55,889 bases of DNA from Christensenella sp. UBA1259 (GCA_002308755.1 DBVR01000003.1:1-55889); one strand, 5' to 3'. Positions 27,127 through 36,418 are shown, counted from the stretch's first letter. Made by a program: numbers and translations. The notes: generated by a model from the letters alone, not told the origin.

Positions 27127-27894
27127 TTATTTTTTCTGTTTTTCCAAAAACTCTTCGGTGAAGGCGAGATACGCCCTTGCCCCCGTGCATTTGGTATCGT
27201 GCAGCATTATCGGAACGCCGTGGCTGGGCGCTTCCGCAAGGCGGATATTTCTCGGTATCACCGTGTCGAACAGGCGTTTCCCGAAAAACTTTCTGATCTC
27301 CGCCGATATCTGCCTTGAAATTATCGCCCTGTTGTCGTTCATGGTAAGCACCACGCCTTCCACTTTAAGGTTGGGATTTAAGTGTTTGGTAACGAGTTTT
27401 ATGGTGTTCATGAGTTGACTTAACCCTTCTAACGCGTAATATTCGCTCTGTATCGGTATTATAACGGTATCCGCAGCGGAAAGCGCGTTTATCGTCAGAA
27501 GTCCCAAGGACGGCGGGCAGTCTATCGCTATATAGTCGTAACTTGCCCGTGCCTTTTCCAGAACCTTTTTTAAGACGTGTTCTCTGTCTTTTATATACAC
27601 GAGTTCCACTTCCGCCCCCGCAAGGTCTATGGTGGAGGGCAGAATATCCAGTCCGTCGACGCAGGTCTTATACACGGCGTCTTCTATCGGCGTTTCGTCT
27701 ATCATAACGCTGTACACCGAAGCCTTTATGTCGCTCTTTGCAAACCCCAGCCCGCTCGTCGCGTTGCCCTGCGGGTCTAAGTCCACGATAAGGCTTTTAT
27801 ACCCCTTTTGCGCAAGGTACGCCGCCATGTTCACGCAAGTAGTGGTTTTACCCACACCGCCTTTCTGATTTGAAAACGCCATTATCTTTCCCAT
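27127..27894 (-). CDS. parA: Chromosome partitioning ATPase ParA/Soj
   Basis: 255 aa with deviant Walker A NQKGGVGKTTT. Confidence 0.9.
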   Translation of the reverse strand: MGKIMAFSNQKGGVGKTTTCVNMAAYLAQKGYKSLIVDLDPQGNATSGLGFAKSDIKASVYSVMIDETPIEDAVYKTCVDGLDILPSTIDLAGAEVELVYIKDREHVLKKVLEKARASYDYIAIDCPPSLGLLTINALSAADTVIIPIQSEYYALEGLSQLMNTIKLVTKHLNPNLKVEGVVLTMNDNRAIISRQISAEIRKFFGKRLFDTVIPRNIRLAEAPSHGVPIMLHDTKCTGARAYLAFTEEFLEKQKK

Positions 27895-27918
27895 AAGTTT
27901 TTCTCCGTGATTTTGCGG

Positions 27919-29976
27919 TTATTCTTCCGTGTTTTCGGTGTTTCCGTTTTCTTTCTTAACTTCCGTATCGTCGGACTTTTTGCCGTTTTTGTCTTTGCGG
28001 TTAAAGGGGTTTGCGGAAAGAGTGCTTTCGTTTTTGTCCATATATTCCATTATCTCTTCCACGCTTCTTCCTTCCATAAGCATATCCACTTCTTCGGTAA
28101 ATATCGTTTCCCGCTCGATAAGAAGTCTCGCCATGTTATCGAGAAGGTTTTTGTGTTCGGCAAGTATTTTTCTCGCCTTTTCGAGAGATTCCGTAACGAT
28201 CCTGTTCACTTCTTCGTCGATAATGCCCGCCGTTTCTTCGCTGTAATTGACGTGCGTCGCCATATCCCTGCCGATAAAGACTTCCTTTTCCGAACCGTAA
28301 GAGATAGGACCGACTTTTTCACTCATACCCCACTCGGTTACCATAAGCCTTGCCCGCTTACTTACTGCCTGTATGTCGCCGGATGCTCCCGCCGATATAT
28401 CCTTTATTATAAGTTCTTCGGCGACTCTTCCGCCGAGCGTCATAACGATATCGTCTAACAGCTTACTCTTGGTCAGGTGGTTGTCGTCGTTGTCGGGGCG
28501 GGTCATGGTATAGCCTGCCGCCTGCCCTCTCGGAATTATGGAAACTTCGTGCACGGGGTCGCAGTTGGGAAGAAGTTTCGCGAGTATCGCGTGCCCCGAT
28601 TCGTGGTAAGCGGTTATGCGTTTATCGGTCTCGGTAACGAGCCGCGATTTCTTCTGCGGTCCCAAAAGCACCTTGTTTATGCCTTCGTAAAGGTCGGCGT
28701 TGGTTATGAATTTCCTGTTTGCTCTCGCCGCGAGTATCGCCGCTTCGTTCAAAAGGTTTTCTAAATCCGCGCCGGAAAACCCGCTTGTCATCCTTGCCAC
28801 CGTTTTAAAGTTGACGTCGGGAGCGAGCGGCTTGTTTCTCGCGTGGACTTTCAGTATCGCTTCCCTTCCCTTTACGTCGGGGATGTTTACGAAGATCTGC
28901 CTGTCGAACCTGCCCGGTCTTAAAAGAGCGGGATCTAAAATATCCGCGCGGTTGGTCGCCGCCATAACGATTATCCCGTCGTTGGTCTCGAACCCGTCCA
29001 TCTGTACGAGTAATTGATTAAGCGTCTGTTCTCTCTCGTCGTGTCCGCCGCCGAGTCCCGTACCGCGCTGGCGACCTACCGCGTCTATTTCGTCTATGAA
29101 GACTATACACGGCATATTCTTTTTCGCCACGTCGAAAAGGTCTCTCACTCTCGACGCGCCGACGCCTACGAACATTTCCACGAAATCGGAGCCGGATATC
29201 GAGAAGAACGGAACGCCCGCTTCTCCCGCGACGGCTTTCGCGAACAGTGTTTTTCCCGTTCCGGGAGGCCCAACTAAAAGAACGCCTTTTGGTATCCTTG
29301 CCCCGAGTCCCGAGAATTTGGCGGGGTTTTTAAGGAAGTCCACGACTTCCGCAAGTTCGGTCTTTTCTTCTTCTGCGCCGGCAACGTCGGTAAAGCGCAC
29401 GCGTATATTATGGTTTACGCGCGCGTTGGTCTTGGCGAAATTCATCGCCCCTTTCGTGCCGCCCTGCGTTTGCATTATAAGGATAAAGAACACGACGGCG
29501 ATTATAAGGCTACCGAGTATCGGAAGTAAAGACGACCATATAGAACCGGCGTTGGGATCGGTATATTTATACGTTATTCCCGCCGTATTTAACGCCGTTT
29601 CGTATTCCTGCATGTTGGTTCTGCCGTACACGGAAGTAAACGGAATACTTCTCTTTATAATTTCCTTTTCCCCGTCCGTTTTAACGAGTTTTACGGTAAA
29701 TTCGAGATTATATCCGTCGAAAAGAACGTAATCTATCGTAACTTTATCGTAATCTACGTTTTTACCCGCGTTATATACGGCTTTTATTACAGAGTTATCG
29801 GAACCGTCCGCCACTTCCGTCTTATCCAACTCCCCGTCGTGCATTTTTGAAATGACGGCGCTGTAATCGGAAACGGGTACGGACGTGCCTGTATTGTTGC
29901 ATCTGACGAAGGATATCGCCGCGATAACGAGGACGACGCCTATCAGCACGTACCAAATAAGCCTTGATTTTTTCAT
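27919..29976 (-). CDS. ftsH: ATP-dependent zinc metalloprotease FtsH
   Basis: 685 aa with two TM segments, Walker A GPPGTGKT and zinc site HESGHA. Confidence 0.95.
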   Translation of the reverse strand: MKKSRLIWYVLIGVVLVIAAISFVRCNNTGTSVPVSDYSAVISKMHDGELDKTEVADGSDNSVIKAVYNAGKNVDYDKVTIDYVLFDGYNLEFTVKLVKTDGEKEIIKRSIPFTSVYGRTNMQEYETALNTAGITYKYTDPNAGSIWSSLLPILGSLIIAVVFFILIMQTQGGTKGAMNFAKTNARVNHNIRVRFTDVAGAEEEKTELAEVVDFLKNPAKFSGLGARIPKGVLLVGPPGTGKTLFAKAVAGEAGVPFFSISGSDFVEMFVGVGASRVRDLFDVAKKNMPCIVFIDEIDAVGRQRGTGLGGGHDEREQTLNQLLVQMDGFETNDGIIVMAATNRADILDPALLRPGRFDRQIFVNIPDVKGREAILKVHARNKPLAPDVNFKTVARMTSGFSGADLENLLNEAAILAARANRKFITNADLYEGINKVLLGPQKKSRLVTETDKRITAYHESGHAILAKLLPNCDPVHEVSIIPRGQAAGYTMTRPDNDDNHLTKSKLLDDIVMTLGGRVAEELIIKDISAGASGDIQAVSKRARLMVTEWGMSEKVGPISYGSEKEVFIGRDMATHVNYSEETAGIIDEEVNRIVTESLEKARKILAEHKNLLDNMARLLIERETIFTEEVDMLMEGRSVEEIMEYMDKNESTLSANPFNRKDKNGKKSDDTEVKKENGNTENTEE

Positions 29977-30087
29977 TAAGTCTCTCCCGAAATTTTAAGT
30001 ACTACCATTTTATCAGACGAATATTTAAAAAACCTTGAAATTTCCTATAAATTCCGCCGTTAAATTAGTTTCCCTGAACTTAATAAT

Positions 30088-30116
30088 ATTATACATTATC
30101 GGAAAGGTTTTTACAA
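30088..30116 (-). promoter_or_regulatory. SigA-type promoter with extended -10 (TTGTAA-17-TGTATAAT on minus strand) for ftsH-parA-parB
   Basis: Plus strand shows attata at 30088-30093 and ttacaa at 30111-30116, 17-nt spacer. Confidence 0.5.
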
Positions 30117-30228
30117 TAGAAAAAAGTAAATTTTCGGCATTTATTAAAAATTTTGTTTGCGCGTGCCAAATTTACGATATTTTTAACCAAAAAAACGGGA
30201 TAAAAACTTAAAAAATACCCTGTTTTAA

Positions 30229-30244
30229 TGTTTCACGTGGAACA
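30229..30244. promoter_or_regulatory. parS site 1 (TGTTTCACGTGGAACA)
   Basis: Reverse complement equals the B. subtilis parS consensus TGTTCCACGTGAAACA, 16/16. Confidence 0.8.
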
Positions 30245-30270
30245 AAAAACTTTCTCACTCGTTTTTTACG

Positions 30271-30286
30271 TGTTTCACGTGAAACA
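30271..30286. promoter_or_regulatory. parS site 2 (TGTTTCACGTGAAACA, perfect palindrome)
   Basis: Fits TGTTNCACGTGAAACA at 16/16. Confidence 0.8.
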
Positions 30287-30297
30287 TTTTTCCTGTG

Positions 30298-30313
30298 TGT
30301 TCCACGTGAAACT
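30298..30313. promoter_or_regulatory. parS site 3 (TGTTCCACGTGAAACT)
   Basis: 15/16 match to the parS consensus. Confidence 0.7.
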
Positions 30314-30512
30314 TTAACGGTTTTTTATAAGTTTTGCGGGTTGTTTTTGTTTTGCAGATTGTTTTTTTGTTTTATGAGTTGTTTTTTGTTGATTGTTTTT
30401 TTACGTTTTATGTTAAACTTGTATCAAAAAAACGGTTATTTTCGCCGCATAACCCCTTTAAAAAATTGCCGTTAAAACGCTCTCACACAGAATAGCCGAA
30501 AATTTTCCCACT

Positions 30513-30548
30513 ATAAAAAACAGCCTATTCTGTGTGAGAAGGGCTGTT
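30513..30548 (-). terminator. Intrinsic terminator of gltX
   Basis: On the minus strand: ACAGCC...GGCUGU stem with a 16-nt loop, followed by UUUUUU. Confidence 0.55.
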
Positions 30549-30594
30549 TTTATCGGTTTTTTATTGTGTTTTTATTTAATTTTTATTTATTGAA

Positions 30595-32034
30595 TTATTT
30601 ATTTAATAGATTTATCGAGAAATCTATTCTTCTTAAAGTTTCTTCTTTTCCCAAAAGTTCCGCTATTTCCATAACGCCGCCGGGGGTGGATTCTTTTCCC
30701 GAAATGGCAACGCGTATCGTCCAGAACACCTGTCCGTTCTTTAATTCCATTTCCTGTACCAATTCCATTACCGCGCTATGAATAGTATCAAAATTAAAAC
30801 TATCAAGTTTGGCGAATTTTTCTCTCGCTCTCGGCAGCACCGCTTTTGCGATATCGGTATCGGTTTTCATTTTTTTATGAGTGAACAGCGCAATATCAAA
30901 TTCTCCGAATTCTTCCAAAAAGTTTATTTTATCGGGTATCTCGCTGAAAATTTCTATACGCGTCTTTAACAGCGCGGCAATCTTATTTAAGTCGTATTTT
31001 CCGTATACCTTGCTTTCTTTTAAGAATCTATCGGCTTTTTCAACGAACTCGCTATCGCTCATTTCTTTTATATATTCTCCGGAAAGCCATTTCATTTTGG
31101 TTTCGTCGAATATAGCGGGGGATTTATTTATTCCTTCTAATGAAAACTTTTCGATAAGTTCCGATAAACTCATCTTTTCCTGCGTGGTTTTGGGACTCCA
31201 ACCGAGCAGCGCTATATAGTTTATTATAGATTCTTTAACGTATCCTTTATTTACAAAGTCTTCGTAACTCGCGTCGCCGTTGCGCTTGGATAATTTATGG
31301 GACGCGTCTTTCATTATAGGGGGAAGGTGAATATACGTCGGTCTTTCCCAACCGAAAGCGTCGTACATTAAATTGTATTTAGGAGTGGAAGAAAGATATT
31401 CCGTACCCCTTATAACGTGGGTTATTCCCATAAGGTGATCGTCTATTACGTTTGCGAAGTTATACGTCGGCATACCGTCGCTTTTAATTAAGATGCCGTC
31501 TTCTATATCTTTATAATCGACGGAAATATCGCCGTAAACCAGATCGTGATAAGATCCCGTGCCTTTTTCGGGAACGTTCTGACGGATAACGTAAGGAACG
31601 CCTTTTTTAAGGTTTTCTTCTATTTCTTCTTTGGAAAGTTTAAGACAATGCTTGTCGTAACGCAGGTTTCCTTCTTTATCTTTTAAGGTCTCTATACGCT
31701 CCGGCGCACAGAAACAATAGTATGCGCCCCCTAATTCTATAAGTTTTTTCGCGTACTCTAAGTAGATATTTTTTCTCTCACTCTGGATATACGGTCCGAA
31801 GTTACCGCCGATATCCGGACCTTCGTCGTAAATAATGCCGGAATCTTTTAACGTGTCGTATATGATATCGACCGAGCCTTCAACGTATCTTGCGGTATCG
31901 GTGTCTTCTATTCTTAAAATAAAATCTCCGCCGTGTTTTTTAGCGAATAAAAAACCGTAAAGGGCGGTACGCAATCCGCCTATGTGTAAATACCCCGTAG
32001 GGCTCGGCGCAAATCTCGTTCTTACTTTTTCCAA
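30595..32034 (-). CDS. gltX: Glutamate--tRNA ligase
   Basis: 479 aa with HIGH-type motif YLHIGGLRTA and KMSKS-type KLSKR. TTG start with SD AAGGAG 8 nt upstream. Confidence 0.95.
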   Translation of the reverse strand: MEKVRTRFAPSPTGYLHIGGLRTALYGFLFAKKHGGDFILRIEDTDTARYVEGSVDIIYDTLKDSGIIYDEGPDIGGNFGPYIQSERKNIYLEYAKKLIELGGAYYCFCAPERIETLKDKEGNLRYDKHCLKLSKEEIEENLKKGVPYVIRQNVPEKGTGSYHDLVYGDISVDYKDIEDGILIKSDGMPTYNFANVIDDHLMGITHVIRGTEYLSSTPKYNLMYDAFGWERPTYIHLPPIMKDASHKLSKRNGDASYEDFVNKGYVKESIINYIALLGWSPKTTQEKMSLSELIEKFSLEGINKSPAIFDETKMKWLSGEYIKEMSDSEFVEKADRFLKESKVYGKYDLNKIAALLKTRIEIFSEIPDKINFLEEFGEFDIALFTHKKMKTDTDIAKAVLPRAREKFAKLDSFNFDTIHSAVMELVQEMELKNGQVFWTIRVAISGKESTPGGVMEIAELLGKEETLRRIDFSINLLNK

Positions 32035-32426
32035 AACTTTACTCCTTAAACGTAAGGTTATCTATATTATAGCAGATTTTCGGTAAAAATCAACCTTAAT
32101 TCGGAAGCGAAATATATATTGTAAATTTATTTTTAAAAATTTAAATCATAGTATTAGTATCTCCGGTGGAATTGTAAGATTGTACAAAAAAGCGTTATAC
32201 GGCGTATTTAAATGGGTGTTGAAAGAAAGTTACTTTAATGTGGAATAAAATAAAAAACGTGGATAAAAAATTTTAAAGTCGTTTTTAAAGCGCCGTATTT
32301 TTGCGTAAAAAAATTTTTCGGAAGGAAAATTTCGGGATATCAACGTAAATTTCCACAAAGTAGATAACTTGAAGTTGATATAAATTTATTTGTGGAAAAA
32401 AATAAAATATGTTAAAATAAATAAGT
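32035..32426. other. Candidate replication origin (oriC) spacer: AT-rich, with DnaA-box-like 9-mers
   Basis: Two one-mismatch boxes: CGTGGATAA at 32258-32266 and TGTGGAAAA at 32391-32399. Three two-mismatch boxes at 32239-32247, 32349-32357 and 32359-32367. Nearly pure A+T run at 32111-32160. Genes diverge from this spacer. Confidence 0.4.
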
Positions 32427-33110
32427 ATGAAAAAGTTATTTGATAGTTACGGATATAATCTGTCGGAAAAACAACTCGCGTTATTTAACGATTATTACGA
32501 GATTTTAACCGAATACAATAAAAAATTCAATCTTACCGCGATAACCGAAAAAAACGAGGTCTATATAAAACATTTTATAGACAGCCTTTCGGGCGCGGAA
32601 TTTGTATCCGGCGAAAAACTTACGGATATAGGTTCTGGCGGGGGATTTCCTTCGATACCGTTAAAAATATTATTACCGGAAATAAAACTCACAATGGTAG
32701 AAGCGACCGAGAAAAAGTGCGGGTTTTTAAGATACGCGGCAAAATTTTTAAAACTTTCCGAAGTAACCGTCGTGAACGCGCGGGCTGAAGATATCGCGAA
32801 AGATAAAAATTTCAGGGAAAGTTCTGATACCGTAACGGCGCGGGCGGTCGCAAAACTCGATATTTTGTCGGAACTGTGTCTGCCGTTCGTTAAAAAAGGC
32901 GGAACGTTTATAGCCTATAAAGGAAAAGCCGAAGAAGAATTATCCGCCGCCGAAAACGCCGTTAAAACTCTCGGCGGTGAGATTTCCGAAGTAAAAAAGT
33001 TTTCCTTAAACGGCGACGAAAGGACTCTCGTCGTTATAAAAAAAGTCAAAAACACGCCGGACGTATATCCGAGAACCAACGCCAAAATAAGGAAGAAACC
33101 GCTTTCATGA
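32427..33110 (+). CDS. rsmG: 16S rRNA (guanine527-N7)-methyltransferase
   Basis: 227 aa with SAM loop DIGSGGGFPSIPLKI. No SD upstream. Confidence 0.9.
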   Translation: MKKLFDSYGYNLSEKQLALFNDYYEILTEYNKKFNLTAITEKNEVYIKHFIDSLSGAEFVSGEKLTDIGSGGGFPSIPLKILLPEIKLTMVEATEKKCGFLRYAAKFLKLSEVTVVNARAEDIAKDKNFRESSDTVTARAVAKLDILSELCLPFVKKGGTFIAYKGKAEEELSAAENAVKTLGGEISEVKKFSLNGDERTLVVIKKVKNTPDVYPRTNAKIRKKPLS

Positions 33111-33604
33111 ATACCGAAATAACGCCCTTTATACCGCCCAGAGAACCTATAAAAAAAGAAAAATGCGCGGCGGTAACGGGGCACAGAAACCTTAAATACG
33201 GCGTAAATAAAGAAAAATTGACAAACACTCTCGAAAACCTTATAAAAAGCGGGATAAATACCTTTCTTATAGGTATGGCAAGGGGATTCGACACCTATTG
33301 TTTTTACGTTTTGTACGATCTTAAAAAGCGTTACGATATAAAGATAATAGCCTGCGTGCCGTGTGCCGATCAGGCGGCGAAGTTCAACGAGACGGATAAA
33401 GAACTGTATCGGCATTTTTTAAGCGTCGCGGACGATAAAGTGCTTATTTCGGAACTGTATTCTTCCGCCTGTATGCATAAGCGAAACAGGTTTATGGTGG
33501 ATAATTGCAAGGTTCTTATTGCCTACCTGCGGGAAAACAAAGGCGGAACGTATTCCACCGTTAATTACGCCAAGGAAAAAAACGTCGGGATAATCTACGT
33601 TTAA
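33107..33604 (+). CDS. SLOG-fold protein, DUF1273/YpsA-like
   Basis: 165 aa with AVTGHR near the N-terminus, GMARGFD and a C-terminal GGT...YA pattern. 4-nt overlap with rsmG. Confidence 0.5.
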   Translation: MNTEITPFIPPREPIKKEKCAAVTGHRNLKYGVNKEKLTNTLENLIKSGINTFLIGMARGFDTYCFYVLYDLKKRYDIKIIACVPCADQAAKFNETDKELYRHFLSVADDKVLISELYSSACMHKRNRFMVDNCKVLIAYLRENKGGTYSTVNYAKEKNVGIIYV

Positions 33605-33699
33605 GTTGTGCCGACGGGAAATATTTACACAATATATAGTGTATATGTAAAAGCGCCGATAAAAAAACCGCAAAATTACGGAATTTAAGTGAAAAACGC

Positions 33700-33729
33700 T
33701 TGACTTTTCCTTGAAAAATAATTTAATAT
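33700..33729 (+). promoter_or_regulatory. SigA-type promoter (TTGACT-18-TAATAT) for rplM-rpsI
   Basis: TTGACT at 33700-33705 and TAATAT at 33724-33729. Confidence 0.4.
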
Positions 33730-33833
33730 AGATAAGCGAAAATCAGGGACTTTCGGAATCAGCCCTTCCGCAGCGTCGTCGTGAAACGCATTTATAAGGA
33801 ACTGACTTTCTTACAAAAAACAGGAGATCAACC

Positions 33834-34265
33834 ATGAAAACGTATATGGCAAAAAATACCGACGTTGAAAGAAAGTGGTACGTCGTCGACGCGGACGGCG
33901 TGGCTTTGGGGCGTCTTGCGTCCAAGGTCGCGGCGATTCTTCGCGGCAAGCACAAACCGATTTTCACACCCAACGTCGACACCGGCGACTACGTTATTAT
34001 AGTCAATACCGACAAGGTGGTTTTAACCGGTAAAAAGTTGGAAAAGAAATATTACAGATATCACACCGGACATATCGGCGGACTTAAAGAGATACAGTAC
34101 AAAACGCTGATGAAAGAAAAGTCCGACGTCGCGGTTTACGAAGCGGTAAAAGGCATGCTTCCGAAAAACTCTCTCGGCAGAAAGATGCTGACCAAACTCA
34201 AAGTGTATAAGGGTGCGGAGCATAAGCAGGAAGCGCAGAAACCCGAACCGCTGAAACTTAATTAA
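33834..34265 (+). CDS. rplM: 50S ribosomal protein L13
   Basis: 143 aa with [16 protein letters not shown] and GKHKPIFTP. Confidence 0.95.
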   Translation: MKTYMAKNTDVERKWYVVDADGVALGRLASKVAAILRGKHKPIFTPNVDTGDYVIIVNTDKVVLTGKKLEKKYYRYHTGHIGGLKEIQYKTLMKEKSDVAVYEAVKGMLPKNSLGRKMLTKLKVYKGAEHKQEAQKPEPLKLN

Positions 34266-34277
34266 AGGGGAACAGTT

Positions 34278-34691
34278 ATGGCAAAAACCACATCTAAAAA
34301 GAAACTTCAATACTGGGGAACGGGCAGACGTAAGAAAGCCATCGCGAGAGTAAGGGTTATTCCCGCGGGCGACGGCACGATAATCATAAACGGCAAGACG
34401 CTGGACGAATACTTCGGGTCTGACACTTTAAAGTATATAGTTAAGCAGCCCGTTGAACTTTTGGGCGTCGGTGCGAAATACGACATAATAGTCAACGTCA
34501 AAGGCGGCGGACTTACGGGACAGGCGGGCGCTATCCGCCACGGTATAGCGAGAGCGTTCCTTTTAGCGGAAGAAAATTCCCGTGCGGAACTCAAAAAAGC
34601 GGGGTTCTTGACGAGAGATTCCAGAATGAAGGAAAGGAAGAAGTACGGTTTAAAGAAAGCGCGTCGCGCACCGCAATTCTCCAAGAGATAA
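34278..34691 (+). CDS. rpsI: 30S ribosomal protein S9
   Basis: 137 aa with [18 protein letters not shown] and C-terminal RRAPQFSKR. Confidence 0.95.
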   Translation: MAKTTSKKKLQYWGTGRRKKAIARVRVIPAGDGTIIINGKTLDEYFGSDTLKYIVKQPVELLGVGAKYDIIVNVKGGGLTGQAGAIRHGIARAFLLAEENSRAELKKAGFLTRDSRMKERKKYGLKKARRAPQFSKR

Positions 34692-34708
34692 TTTCAAAGA
34701 AAAAACTT

Positions 34709-34740
34709 TTATCCGCCGCAATTTGCGGCGGATAATTTTT
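34709..34740 (+). terminator. Intrinsic terminator after rpsI
   Basis: Stem TATCCGCCGCA/TGCGGCGGATA, then ATTTTT. Confidence 0.8.
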
Positions 34741-34756
34741 CGGCGGAATTTTAAAG

Positions 34757-34785
34757 TTTACAAAAGGGTAAAAAAGTTATATAAT
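34757..34785 (+). promoter_or_regulatory. SigA-type promoter (TTTACA-17-TATAAT) for rnpB
   Basis: TTTACA at 34757-34762 and TATAAT at 34780-34785, 6 nt before the P1 stem. Confidence 0.6.
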
Positions 34786-34791
34786 AGATAG

Positions 34792-35134
34792 GCAAGCGGA
34801 CCGTACTGCCGCGGAGACGGAGAGAGACCGCCGACGAGGAAAGTCCGAGCGTTTCAGGAACGGGGTGCCGGAGAAATTCCGGTGAAGGCGACTTTAAGGA
34901 AAGTGCAACAGAAAATTACCGCCGCAAGGCAAGGGTGAAAAGGCGGGGTAAGAGCCCACCGCCCCTGCGGTAACGCAGGGGGCTGTGTAAACCCCACCCG
35001 ACGCAAGATTGACAAACCGTTTCTTTGGGAGTTCCGCCGAAACGGTTTAACGAAACATCGCTGGAGAGTAACGGTAACGTTACCCGTAGATAAATGGCAG
35101 TACCAGACAGAACTCGGCTTACAGGTCCGCTTGC
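34792..35134 (+). ncRNA. rnpB: RNase P RNA (type A-like)
   Basis: P1 pairing GCAAGCGGACC / GGTCCGCTTGC. Conserved blocks GAGGAAAGTCCG, GGTAAGAGCCCACC, GTAAACCCCACC and ACAGAACTCGGCTTACAG. T-run follows. Confidence 0.9.
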
Positions 35135-35188
35135 TTTTTTATTCGTTTTGCGGGGAAGAAATAATCGGCGACAAACCACGATAAACCC

Positions 35189-35217
35189 TTGATTTTTTTC
35201 CCGAATTATTATATAAT
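35189..35217 (+). promoter_or_regulatory. SigA-type promoter (TTGATT-17-TATAAT) for dnaN
   Basis: TTGATT at 35189-35194 and TATAAT at 35212-35217. Confidence 0.6.
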
Positions 35218-35274
35218 CTTATAAGTAGGTTATAAATAACCTAAAGCGACTTACTCTTTTACGGAGATCTTATT

Positions 35275-36375
35275 ATGAAACTGATATGCGACGGACTTGA
35301 CCTGTCGGACGCCGTCTTAAAGGTCAGCAAAGCACTTCCCGCAAAAACCCCTAATCCGGTTCTCGAAGGGATAAAGATAAAGGCGGAAGGCGATAAACTC
35401 ATAATTACCGCCACCGACACCGAACTCACCATAACCAAATCCATAAAAGCCGACGTGCTTATGGAAGGGGAAGCGGTGGTCGTCGGCAGATATTTTATGG
35501 ACTTCGTCAAAAAACTCGAAAAGGAGCAGGTGGAACTTTCCCGCCTTTACGACGGGCAGTTGCAGATAAAGTATTCCGATTCCGAAAGCGAGTTGCAGGT
35601 CTATCCCGTGGAAAGTTATCCCGTGGTCAAAAAGGACAACGACGAAAACTTCTTCGAGATAAAAGGTGAAGAGTTAAAAGACGTCGTGGAAAAGACGGTG
35701 CTTGCCTGTTCTACCGACGATTCCCGCCCGATACTTAAAGGCGTTTTAATGGAAGCGAACGGCGACGAACTTACCGCCGTTTCTTTGGACGGGTTCAGGA
35801 TGAGCGTCGTCAAAAAAGAGATAAAGGGCAGTGGGGCGTTTAAGGCGATAATTCCCGCAAGAACGTTAAACGAACTCGTAAGACTTATAGAAAAGGACGA
35901 CGAAACGGTCAGCGTAAGGCTGCAAAAGAACACGCTTTTTGCCGTTATCGACGACACCGAGATATATTCGAGACTTATAGAAGGGGAATTCGTCAAATAT
36001 TCGCACATTATCCCGACGGGGTTCGAAAACTCTCTCACCGTAAATAAGGACGCGCTTTTAAGTAGTTTGGAAAGGGCGACCATCGTCGCCAAAAACGACA
36101 GGTACAACGTCGTTAAGTTCGAGATAAAAGAAGGCGTGATGACGGTTTCGGCGAAATCGGAAGTGGGCTACGTTACCGAAAATGTGCCGATAACGCTTTC
36201 GGGCAAGGACGTTACGATAGCGTTCAACGGCAAGTATCTTACGGAATATCTGCGCATAGTAAAGGACAGCCACGTAAGTCTTAACCTGAATTCGCCGATA
36301 GATCCCTGTATCTTAACGCCTGTGGGAAAGGACGACTTTATTTATCTCGTTCTGCCCGTAAGGATAAACGGCTGA
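35275..36375 (+). CDS. dnaN: DNA polymerase III beta subunit (sliding clamp)
   Basis: 366 aa with the three-domain clamp length and N-terminus MKLICDGLDLSDAVLKVSKALP. SD ACGGAGA upstream. Confidence 0.95.
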   Translation: MKLICDGLDLSDAVLKVSKALPAKTPNPVLEGIKIKAEGDKLIITATDTELTITKSIKADVLMEGEAVVVGRYFMDFVKKLEKEQVELSRLYDGQLQIKYSDSESELQVYPVESYPVVKKDNDENFFEIKGEELKDVVEKTVLACSTDDSRPILKGVLMEANGDELTAVSLDGFRMSVVKKEIKGSGAFKAIIPARTLNELVRLIEKDDETVSVRLQKNTLFAVIDDTEIYSRLIEGEFVKYSHIIPTGFENSLTVNKDALLSSLERATIVAKNDRYNVVKFEIKEGVMTVSAKSEVGYVTENVPITLSGKDVTIAFNGKYLTEYLRIVKDSHVSLNLNSPIDPCILTPVGKDDFIYLVLPVRING

Positions 36376-36389
36376 GCGGCGTAAACCGC

Positions 36390-36418
36390 TTGACAAAAGG
36401 GCGTAAAGCCTATAAAAT
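36390..36418 (+). promoter_or_regulatory. SigA-type promoter (TTGACA-17-TAAAAT) for rpmH-rnpA-yidD-yidC-jag
   Basis: TTGACA at 36390-36395 and TAAAAT at 36413-36418. Confidence 0.6.

Noticed and set aside
30330-30410. Possible CRISPR-like or minisatellite array
   Set aside because: The motifs are short (9-15 nt), degenerate and T/G-only, with no unique spacers and no cas genes. I reported it only as a T-tract block.
32035-32426. T-box leader for gltX on the minus strand (lysS upstream also checked)
   Set aside because: I could not find a T-box sequence (AAUUAGGGUGGUACCGCG-like), specifier-loop architecture or terminator. gltX has an SD directly upstream of its TTG start. lysS follows greA by only 15 nt.
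33730-33833. Possible ribosomal-protein (L13) leader structure upstream of rplM
   Set aside because: Only a weak, bulged hairpin (AGGGAC...GCCCT) is visible. I cannot match it to a known leader from memory.
34916-35179. 87-aa minus-strand ORF
   Set aside because: It lies inside the RNase P RNA gene.
35135-35274. oriC in the rnpB-dnaN spacer
   Set aside because: No 9-mer within two mismatches of TTATCCACA is seen. Only a promoter and a short TAGGTTAT/ATAACCTA inverted repeat are present.
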